Below are positions 9,034 to 17,141 of a stretch of 64,000 nucleotides of DNA, piece after piece. Every line of letters begins with the position of its first letter. Within the stretch, counting starts at the first letter, position 1. The notes below the pieces were generated by a model, which was not told the origin of the DNA, ran no database searches, and saw only the letters and a list, made by a program, of their open reading frames with translations. Source of the stretch: an uncultured virus (IMG/VR IMGVR_UViG_3300028593_001674) (taxonomy: Duplodnaviria > Heunggongvirae > Uroviricota > Caudoviricetes); IMG/VR virus record IMGVR_UViG_3300028593_001674. The stretch is one strand, 5' to 3'. A program made the position numbers and the translations under genes.

Positions 9034-10279
9034 ATGCCGGATACTCATGCTCTTTTGAGCGCATCCAGTTCAAAACAGTGGCTGCATTGTCCGCCGTCAG
9101 TCCGCTTGCAGGAGGGTTTTCCAAATGAAAGTTCAGTCTATGCTGCTGAGGGCACGTTTGCCCACGAGATCTGCGAATACAAGGTGAAAAAGTATCTGCA
9201 CCAACGTGTAAAACGCCCGCAGTCCGAAGAATACGACACGGAGGAGATCGAGCAGATAACGGATATATACGCTGAATTCGTCATTTCAATCATTGAGAAG
9301 ATGAAAGAAAATGGCTGCGAGCCGCTTGCCTTTGTGGAGGAGCGTGTGGATTACAGTCACATTGCCCCTTCCGGCTTCGGTACGGCAGATATGCTCATCA
9401 TCGGCAAGGATGAGAACGGCAAAGGACTGCTTCATGTATGTGATTTCAAGACGGGCAAAGGCGTGTTTGTGGACGCAGACCACAACAGCCAGATGATGCT
9501 CTATGCGCTCGGAGGTTTAGCCGCCTATGGCTTTTTGTATGATATTGAGATCGTACGTATGAGCATCATTCAGCCCCGCCTTGACAATATATCTACATTT
9601 GAATGCAGCGTGCGGGAACTGGAAGAATGGGGCGAAAGCATTAGACCCATTGCCAAACTCGCATATGAGGGCAAGGGTGAGCAAAAGCCCGGTGACTGGT
9701 GTCGTTTCTGCCGTGCAAAGCCTGTATGTAAGGCTTGCGCCGATGAAGCGCTTGCCTTGTGTCGTGAGGATTTCCTCGACCTTGATGCCGGAGCGTTCGA
9801 TACTGCGGAAGAAAGCGACACGACTGCACCCTATGAAGCAGATACACATACCGCCGTTTTCAAGCAACCGGGACTTATCCCAATCAGTGAGCTTGCGGAG
9901 ATTCTGCCCACGCTGAACAGGATTTCCTCATGGATAGAAGCGGTATTTGCTTTCGTTTCATCAGAAGCAATCAACCACGGCGTACCTATTCCAGGCTACA
10001 AGGTGGTTGAAGGACGCAGCAAGCGTATATTCACAGACACAAAGGCAGTGGTCGATACAGCTGTTCAGAATGGTTACACCGACCTTTACAAGCAAACGCT
10101 CATCACGCTTACGGAATTTGAGAAGATGATGGGCAAAAAGAAATTCAATGAGCTGCTCGGTGAGTATGTGGCAAAGCCCCCCCGGAAAGCTGGCACTTGT
10201 GCCGGAGAGTGATCCGAGAGAGCCTGTCGATCTTACAACACCAAGTCAGGAGTTTTCTATCCTTCCTGACGAAGAATAA
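9034..10279 (+). CDS. DUF2800 PD-(D/E)xK (Cas4-like) nuclease, frameshifted near the C-terminus
   Basis: HALLSASS..WLHCP, GTAD, DFKTG, CRFCR; removing one C from the C7 run at 10177-10183 restores KPPGKLALVPESDPR..PDEE* ending at 10279. Confidence 0.8.
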
Positions 10280-10298
10280 AATTTTTGGAGGTATTCAT

Positions 10299-10880
10299 AT
10301 GGCAACTAATAACACAGCACCCATAACCAAAGTTATCGTTCCCTGCCGCATTTCCTTTGCGAATATCTGGGAGGCAAAGTCGATCAATGGCAGCGAGGAA
10401 AAGTTTTCCGTTTCCTGCCTGATTTCCAAGGACGACAAAGCAACCCTCGTCAAGATAAAGAAAGCAATCGAGGCTGCAAAGGAAGCAGCAAAGGAAAAGA
10501 AGTGGAACGGCAAAATTCCGCCCAATCTCAAAATGCCCATGCACGACGGCGATATTGACCGCCCAGACGATGGGAACTACACAGGTCATTTCTTCTTCAA
10601 CGCTACATCTAAGGACGCTCCGCAGATCGTTGACCGCAAGGTTCAGCCGATTCTTGACCCGATGGAGTGCGGCAGCGGCGACTACTGCAATGTAAGCGTG
10701 AATTTCTACGGCTTTGCGGCATCCGGCAATAAGGGAATCGCAGCAGGTCTCCAGAACATCCAGCTTGTCCGTCATGGTGAGCGTCTTGCAGGCAGACCTA
10801 CCGCAGCATCCGACTTCGTGGAGATCGAGGGCGCGGACGAAGATATTATGGACGATGATGATATGGATTTCCTGAACTGA
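10299..10880 (+). CDS. DUF2815 single-stranded DNA-binding protein
   Basis: RISFANIWE, GNKGIAAGLQNIQ, acidic C-terminal tail. Confidence 0.85.
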   Translation: MATNNTAPITKVIVPCRISFANIWEAKSINGSEEKFSVSCLISKDDKATLVKIKKAIEAAKEAAKEKKWNGKIPPNLKMPMHDGDIDRPDDGNYTGHFFFNATSKDAPQIVDRKVQPILDPMECGSGDYCNVSVNFYGFAASGNKGIAAGLQNIQLVRHGERLAGRPTAASDFVEIEGADEDIMDDDDMDFLN

Positions 10881-10886
10881 ATGACT

Positions 10887-10908
10887 AAGGGAGACGTTTC
10901 TCCCTTTT
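10887..10908 (+). terminator. terminator-like hairpin after the SSB gene
   Basis: AAGGGAGA-CGTT-TCTCCCTT followed by TT. Confidence 0.55.
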
Positions 10909-10931
10909 ACATACACAAGGTGGTGATTTTA

Positions 10932-13802
10932 TTGAGCAGACGTGTACTTTCAATCGATTTAGAAACGTATAGCGATGTAGATCTCGTAAACTGCGGTGTT
11001 TATAGATATGTTGAGGGTGACTTTCATATTCTGCTGTTTGCTTACGCTTTTGATGATGAAGATGTGCAGTGTATTGATCTTGCCTGTGGTGAGAAATTGC
11101 CGCAGGAAGTTGTGAATGCAATTTTTGATGACAATATTATAAAATCTGCATGGAACGCACAATTTGAGCGGACTTGCTTATCAAAGTATTTCGGAACACA
11201 GCTTTCGCCGGATTCATGGCAATGCACAATGGTCTGGGCAGCGAGTTTATCGCTTCCGCTAAAATTAAAACTTGCGGCACAGGTGTTAAAAACAGGAGAA
11301 CAAAAAGATGATGCAGGTGAACGGTTGATTCGATATTTCTCTATTCCATGCAAGCCCACAAAATCCAATAGCGGCAGGACGAGAAATCTTCCCGAACACG
11401 CTCCAGAGGACTGGCAGACTTTCAAAAGCTATTGCATTCAGGATGTGCGGACAGAACGTGACATTCGTAAACGGTTAGAGAGTTTTCCAATGTTACCGCA
11501 GGAATGGGATTACTACCACATGGATCAGCGAATTAATGACCGTGGTGTACTAATTGATAAAGAACTGGTACAGCAGGCTATCATCTGCGACATGATGCTG
11601 TCCGAAGAAATGACGAAAAGAGCCTATGCTTTGACTGGTCTTGAAAACCCAAATTCCGTATCACAGTTGAAAAAATGGCTTGATGAACGTGGAATATCCG
11701 TTGATTCACTTGGCAAGAAAGATGTTGCATCACTCATCGCTGATCTGGACAAGCACAGTATCGATTCCGAAGCTCTTGATATGATGAAGCTGAGATTACA
11801 GATGGCGAAATCCTCCGTCAAAAAGTATCAGGCGGCAGAACGTTGTATTTGCAATGATGGCAGAGCGCATGGGTTATTCCAATTTTCCGGTGCAAATAGA
11901 ACCCAACGTTGGGCTGGGCGTTTAATTCAATTACAAAATCTGCCTCAGAACCATATCTCTACGCTTGATGAAGCAAGAGAGCTTGTAAAAATGGGCTGTT
12001 TCGATATGATTGAAACGCTCTACGGCAACACGCCGGACATTCTGTCGCAACTTATCCGCACCATGCTCATTCCGAAAGAGGGCTGCGAATTTATCGTAGC
12101 AGACTTTAGTGCTATAGAAGCTCGTGTACTTGCGTGGCTTGCCGGAGAACAATGGCGGCTGGATGCTTTTCAGCGTGGTGAGGATATCTATTGTGCATCG
12201 GCATCAGAGATGTTTGGAGTGCCGGTAGTGAAGCATGGGATTAACGGAGAATTGCGCCAGCGCGGAAAGGTTGCCGAGCTTGCCTGTATCGCAGAGGGAC
12301 AGCTTGTTCTGACCAATTACGGCTTAGTGCCAATTGAAAATGTAACAACAGACATGAAAGTCTGGGACGGAGAGGAGTGGGTACAACATGATGGTGTCGT
12401 ATTCAAAGGAGAAAGAGAAGTTATCACTTATGACGGACTTACAGCAACCCCCGACCATCTCGTCTGGGTTGAGGGTAAACATTCCCCGATACGCTTTGAA
12501 AATGCCGCCAGAAGCGGAGCGCATCTCATACAAACCGGAGATGGTAGGATTTCAATACGGATGGGCGAAAATTGTAAATTCAGAATTCCGATGGGTAACA
12601 AATTGTCGATGTTATGTGGAAGTAGAATGTGCAGATTGTGGCAAGAGAAGATGGACAGATTATTATGCTCTCCGACGTGGAAAACCGAAGCATTGTCCAG
12701 AATGCAAAAAAGTTCCAAAGTGGCTGAGGTTTCGCCTAAAAGTGGCAAAGCATCGTTGCGACAATCCAAACGATCCCACATACAAAAATTATGGTGGACG
12801 TGGCATTCGATTCGATTTTCCAAGTGTGCAAGCAGCAGGTATGTGGATTATCAAAAATTTAGGGATCCCAGAGAGGGAGCTGGAATTAGATCGCATCGAT
12901 TGCAACGGAGATTATGCACCAGGCAATATTCGATTTGTTACAAAACAAGTCAATGTAGGAAACAGAAGAATTACAGTTTTAAGCAGATTCGAGCAAAAAT
13001 ACTGGCCTTACTCGTATCATGTAGTTTGCAGGAAATTAACGCAAGGTATGACAAGAGAAGCTATTATAGAAGAGGCAAAGAAGGCTGTAATAGAACATCG
13101 ATCCGGATGGAAGCTGATAAGTGCAAGGCTCGACTTTATGACATACGAAATGCCGGACGACATCATCGTTTTACCGTATCGGGAAAACTTGTCCACAACT
13201 GCGGATATGGGGGCGCAAGCGGCGCATTGATCTCAATGGGTGCATTGGATATGGGACTGAAAGAATCGGAACTGCCCGACATTATTTCCTCTTGGCGTGA
13301 AGCAAACCCAAATATTGTGAAATTCTGGTATGCCGTAGAGAAAGCGGCAATTGAGACGGTAAAAGATCACAATGATAGAACGGTTGGGCGAATCGGGTTC
13401 CAGTTCTCAGCAAATACACTCTGGATCGTGTTACCGTCAGGACGCAGACTTGCATATATCAAGCCGAAGCTACAGCCGAACCGTTTCGGTCGCATGTCAC
13501 TTACCTTTGAGGGACTTGGAGCAAACAACAAGTGGACGCGTGGTGAGACCTACAGCGGCAAGCTGACAGAGAACATCACTCAGGCAACTGCCCGTGACCT
13601 GCTTGCAGAAGCTATACGTCGCATGGAGCTTGCAGGACTGGATATTGTCGGTCATGTGCATGATGAGGTGATATTGGAAGTACCGAAGGACAGTATCACC
13701 GTTGACGAGGTATGTGGCATTATGAATCATAATCCGAAGTGGGCTGACGGCTTACCGCTTTCCTCCGCAGGATATACAGGGAACTACTATTTCAAGGACT
13801 AA
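10932..13802 (+). CDS. family A DNA polymerase with intein
   Basis: DLET exonuclease motif, DFSAIEAR motif A, KVAELA/CGYG motif B split by the intein, HVHDE motif C. Confidence 0.93.
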   Translation: MSRRVLSIDLETYSDVDLVNCGVYRYVEGDFHILLFAYAFDDEDVQCIDLACGEKLPQEVVNAIFDDNIIKSAWNAQFERTCLSKYFGTQLSPDSWQCTMVWAASLSLPLKLKLAAQVLKTGEQKDDAGERLIRYFSIPCKPTKSNSGRTRNLPEHAPEDWQTFKSYCIQDVRTERDIRKRLESFPMLPQEWDYYHMDQRINDRGVLIDKELVQQAIICDMMLSEEMTKRAYALTGLENPNSVSQLKKWLDERGISVDSLGKKDVASLIADLDKHSIDSEALDMMKLRLQMAKSSVKKYQAAERCICNDGRAHGLFQFSGANRTQRWAGRLIQLQNLPQNHISTLDEARELVKMGCFDMIETLYGNTPDILSQLIRTMLIPKEGCEFIVADFSAIEARVLAWLAGEQWRLDAFQRGEDIYCASASEMFGVPVVKHGINGELRQRGKVAELACIAEGQLVLTNYGLVPIENVTTDMKVWDGEEWVQHDGVVFKGEREVITYDGLTATPDHLVWVEGKHSPIRFENAARSGAHLIQTGDGRISIRMGENCKFRIPMGNKLSMLCGSRMCRLWQEKMDRLLCSPTWKTEALSRMQKSSKVAEVSPKSGKASLRQSKRSHIQKLWWTWHSIRFSKCASSRYVDYQKFRDPREGAGIRSHRLQRRLCTRQYSICYKTSQCRKQKNYSFKQIRAKILALLVSCSLQEINARYDKRSYYRRGKEGCNRTSIRMEADKCKARLYDIRNAGRHHRFTVSGKLVHNCGYGGASGALISMGALDMGLKESELPDIISSWREANPNIVKFWYAVEKAAIETVKDHNDRTVGRIGFQFSANTLWIVLPSGRRLAYIKPKLQPNRFGRMSLTFEGLGANNKWTRGETYSGKLTENITQATARDLLAEAIRRMELAGLDIVGHVHDEVILEVPKDSITVDEVCGIMNHNPKWADGLPLSSAGYTGNYYFKD
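12285..13199 (+). mobile_element. intein in PolA (305 aa)
   Basis: starts CIAEGQLV, block B TPDH, ends GKLVHN followed by extein Cys. Confidence 0.92.
12502..13230 (+). CDS. HNH-type homing endonuclease in an alternative frame inside the PolA intein (start codon uncertain)
   Basis: CADCG/CPEC Zn motifs, HRCDNPNDPTYKNYGGRGI, LDRIDCNGDYAPGNIRF. Confidence 0.8.
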   Translation: MPPEAERISYKPEMVGFQYGWAKIVNSEFRWVTNCRCYVEVECADCGKRRWTDYYALRRGKPKHCPECKKVPKWLRFRLKVAKHRCDNPNDPTYKNYGGRGIRFDFPSVQAAGMWIIKNLGIPERELELDRIDCNGDYAPGNIRFVTKQVNVGNRRITVLSRFEQKYWPYSYHVVCRKLTQGMTREAIIEEAKKAVIEHRSGWKLISARLDFMTYEMPDDIIVLPYRENLSTTADMGAQAAH

Positions 13803-13842
13803 GGCGAATTTTTAGTACAACGCAACGAAAGGAATTAAGCAT

Positions 13843-14073
13843 ATGAGCAGAACGTACAAAGACCGAAAGGGCTATAAATCAAGAAAAAGGCAGAATAATC
13901 GCATGAACATCCTCAACCACAGCCGTGGCTCTTATGAGGATTACGATCACACCGATCAGGAGCTGTATGTGTACGACCAGTGCTGCGAAAACTGCTGTTA
14001 CTGCGGATATTGCTGTCATACACCGTATCCGTCTGGGTGGTGCGAAAATTGGAATGACGGAGGTTATCGTTGA
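13843..14073 (+). CDS. small Cys-rich hypothetical protein
   Basis: AAGGA RBS; stop overlaps the next start. Confidence 0.5.
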   Translation: MSRTYKDRKGYKSRKRQNNRMNILNHSRGSYEDYDHTDQELYVYDQCCENCCYCGYCCHTPYPSGWCENWNDGGYR

Positions 14074-14516
14074 GAGAATATGTTGTCGAGAACGAGTTTG
14101 TGAAGGCAGTTAAAGCCGCCGGAGGTGCAGCGTACAAGCTTACATCACAGACAGCAAACGGACTGCCGGACCGACTTGTTCTGTTCTTCCCTGCAAAAAC
14201 GGTATTCGTAGAACTGAAAGCACCGGGAAAAATGATGCGTCCGCTTCAAAGGAAAAGGCGGTATCAGCTCATGAAATTGGGATTTCCGGTCCTGTGCATT
14301 GACCGCATAGAACAGGTACAGCCATGCATTGAAGCAATATTAAGCTGGACTCCCGGTACAACCTTTCCGGAGGGTATCGGGGCGAAAATTCCTGATCTGG
14401 AAGTGGTAATGTTGCCTGCGGATATGGACGATTTCGGAGAGATACTTGAACCGATAGATCCGGACTATCTTGCAGAGTTCTATGAACTGGGTGAGGATGG
14501 TGATTATAATCAGTAA
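14070..14516 (+). CDS. VRR-NUC domain nuclease
   Basis: GLPDRL, FVELKAPG. Confidence 0.85.
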   Translation: MREYVVENEFVKAVKAAGGAAYKLTSQTANGLPDRLVLFFPAKTVFVELKAPGKMMRPLQRKRRYQLMKLGFPVLCIDRIEQVQPCIEAILSWTPGTTFPEGIGAKIPDLEVVMLPADMDDFGEILEPIDPDYLAEFYELGEDGDYNQ

Positions 14517-15147
14517 ATTTATTGATTTGACAGGAAGGAGATTCGGAAAGTTACTGGTACTCAAAATTGACGAAAGCACTTCCGATGATTTAAAGAATTG
14601 CTCCTGGATTTGTCAATGCGATTGTGGCAATCAGATAATTGAAACAGGTCGCAATTTAAGACGGGGTCACAAAAAATCTTGTGGATGCTTACGAAGTCCA
14701 CACGGATATTCACAGACACCAGAATATAGTTCATATCAAAAAATGATTAACAGGTGCTATAATCCTGATTTTGAAAAATATCAGTACTACGGCGGTCGAG
14801 GGATAAAAGTTTGCGAAAGATGGTTTAATGATATAAATGCGTTTATGGAGGATATGGGAAAAATGCCATCTCCCGAATGGTCATTAGATCGAATTGATGT
14901 CAATAAGGATTATTCCCCTGAGAATTGTCGCTGGGCTAATAAGTATACTCAAGCCCGAAATAAGAGGGTGCAAGCCCGATCGAGAACAGGCGTTACTGGG
15001 GTAGTTCCTGGAAATGGTGGATATGTTGCGACCTTGAGGTGTAATGGACACCTAAATTATCTTGGAACATTCTCAACAGTTGAAGAAGCGCAGATTGCAA
15101 GAAAAGTAGCTGAAGAAAAATATTGGAAGGATGGTGATACATCTTGA
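14497..15147 (+). CDS. free-standing HNH/AP2 homing endonuclease
   Basis: DLTGRRFGKL, CQCDCG, YGGRGI, LDRIDVNKDYSPENCRW, AP2 YLGTFSTVEEA. Confidence 0.85.
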   Translation: MVIIISKFIDLTGRRFGKLLVLKIDESTSDDLKNCSWICQCDCGNQIIETGRNLRRGHKKSCGCLRSPHGYSQTPEYSSYQKMINRCYNPDFEKYQYYGGRGIKVCERWFNDINAFMEDMGKMPSPEWSLDRIDVNKDYSPENCRWANKYTQARNKRVQARSRTGVTGVVPGNGGYVATLRCNGHLNYLGTFSTVEEAQIARKVAEEKYWKDGDTS

Positions 15148-16511
15148 AGTTTATACCACACGACTATCAACGATACTGTATCAATTATATCGAAAGTCAT
15201 CCAATCTCAGTGCTTCTGCTAGATTGTGGACTTGGTAAGACAGTTATCACGCTTACGGCTATTCGCAATCTAATGCTTGACTATCTGAAAGTTTCAAAAG
15301 TTCTTGTAATTGCGCCCCTTAGAGTAACAGCAGTATGGAAAACTGAAATCGAAAAATGGGATCACTTGAAGAATCTTGATGTATCAGTTGTAGTTGGATC
15401 TGTAAAAGAGCGAACAGCATCATTAAACTGCAACGCCCTTATTTACGCAGTAAATAGAGAGAATGTCAAATGGATCGTGGAGTATTATGAGAAAAATGGT
15501 ATGCGCTGGGATTTTGATATGGTTGTGATTGATGAACTGTCATCCTTTAAAAATCATAAGTCACAACGCTTCAAATGGCTACGGAAAGTACGACCGTTTG
15601 TATGCCGTTGGGTCGGACTTACAGCTACCCCCACAAGTAATGGTCTTATGGAACTTTGGAGTGAAATCGGCATCCTTGACGGCGGCGAACGGCTCGGACG
15701 GTTTATCGGCAGATTCAGAGAATCCTATTTCAAGCCAAGCAGTATGAATCCATCAACCGGTGTTGTGTTCTCCTATGTTCCCCGACCCGGAGCAGAACAG
15801 CAGATCTATGAGAAAATTTCGGATATCACAATTTCCATGAAAGCACTTGACTATCTGGATATGCCGGAGTGTATCTTCGTTAATCACGAGGTTGAGATGA
15901 ATGCTGCGGAGCGAAAACTGTATGATCAGCTAAAGCATGATCTCATTATTCCTCTGAAAGACGGAGATATTGATGCTGCCAACGCAACTTCTCTCTCCAA
16001 CAAACTGCTCCAGATGGCGAACGGTGCTGTGTATGACGAAAACAAAGAAGTACGTCCGATCCACAGCCGTAAGCTGGAAATGCTGGAAGATCTTATCGAA
16101 TCCGCCAATGGTCAGCCTGTGTTGATCGCATACTGGTTCAAGCATGACAGGGCAAGAATTATGGAGCATTTATCGTCCTGCGGCTATGCTCCAAGGGATA
16201 TTAAATCGTCCGAGGATATTCAGCAGTGGAATGAGAGGAAGATTGCTGTTGCTCTCATACATCCAGCATCGGCAGGACATGGTTTGAATATCCAGTCCGG
16301 CGGTCATATCCTGATTTGGTACGGACTCACATGGAGTCTGGAACTGTATCAGCAGACCAATGCAAGGCTATGGCGACAGGGACAAAAATCGACAGTCACC
16401 ATTCATCATATTGTCTGTAAAGATACAGTCGATGAGGATGTTCTTGCTGCTCTCGCCAATAAAGATGTCACGCAGGAAAAGCTCATCGCAGCGGTCAAAG
16501 CTTGTCTTTGA
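15144..16511 (+). CDS. SNF2-like helicase
   Basis: GLGKT, DELS, GLTATP, GHGLNIQ, ARLWRQGQ. Confidence 0.9.
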   Translation: MKFIPHDYQRYCINYIESHPISVLLLDCGLGKTVITLTAIRNLMLDYLKVSKVLVIAPLRVTAVWKTEIEKWDHLKNLDVSVVVGSVKERTASLNCNALIYAVNRENVKWIVEYYEKNGMRWDFDMVVIDELSSFKNHKSQRFKWLRKVRPFVCRWVGLTATPTSNGLMELWSEIGILDGGERLGRFIGRFRESYFKPSSMNPSTGVVFSYVPRPGAEQQIYEKISDITISMKALDYLDMPECIFVNHEVEMNAAERKLYDQLKHDLIIPLKDGDIDAANATSLSNKLLQMANGAVYDENKEVRPIHSRKLEMLEDLIESANGQPVLIAYWFKHDRARIMEHLSSCGYAPRDIKSSEDIQQWNERKIAVALIHPASAGHGLNIQSGGHILIWYGLTWSLELYQQTNARLWRQGQKSTVTIHHIVCKDTVDEDVLAALANKDVTQEKLIAAVKACL

Positions 16512-16610
16512 AATGACGACAATTTGGCGACAAATAGTTACGTCACAAAAGTTACAGAAAATGCTGCAAAACGGTTACGCCCGTTCCGGCAGCTAACGGA
16601 GGTGAAATTT

Positions 16611-17141
16611 ATGGCTCGTAAAAACAGACGAATGAAAAACGAATATCGCAAGGGACTCGGCTTTGATCCGAGGAAGTATATCACGGCATCGGCACAGCAT
16701 ACGCCTTCACTTTATCAGTTCAAGGTAGACAGCAGGATTCCACAGCGGGGTGAAGTATGGTTTGCAGACCTCGGCAGACATCCTAACAGCAGTGTACAAG
16801 GCGGATGCCGTCCTGTTATTATCCTCTCCAATAACATTGGCAACGCCCATGCAGACACGGTAAACATTGTGCCAATGACAAGACATCTGAAAAAGCCGGA
16901 GCTGCCTTGTCACAAGGAGATCAGTCCTGATGACATCACAGACAAGCAACAGCTTCTTGAGACGTCCATGATCCTTGCAGAGCAGATTACAACAATAAGC
17001 AAGTATGCTCTGCGGAATTATGCCGGAAGAATCACAGATTCTGGCGTGCTGTCACGAATTGAGCAGTCCGTTGCTTCACAGCTTGGAATAGAAACGCTCA
17101 TCAAGAAGAAGGAGGAAAACCCATGCCAGTCAATTTCGTAA
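16611..17141 (+). CDS. PemK/MazF-family protein
   Basis: RGEVWFADL, QGGCRPVIILSN, LAEQITTI. Confidence 0.8.
   Translation: MARKNRRMKNEYRKGLGFDPRKYITASAQHTPSLYQFKVDSRIPQRGEVWFADLGRHPNSSVQGGCRPVIILSNNIGNAHADTVNIVPMTRHLKKPELPCHKEISPDDITDKQQLLETSMILAEQITTISKYALRNYAGRITDSGVLSRIEQSVASQLGIETLIKKKEENPCQSIS

Noticed and set aside
9034..10279. Cas4 as evidence of a CRISPR system
   Set aside because: DUF2800 is a standard member of this phage replication module; no other cas genes or array
12285..13199. Group I intron as the explanation for the out-of-frame HNH
   Set aside because: The PolA frame is open throughout and has complete protein-splicing termini, so RNA splicing is not needed
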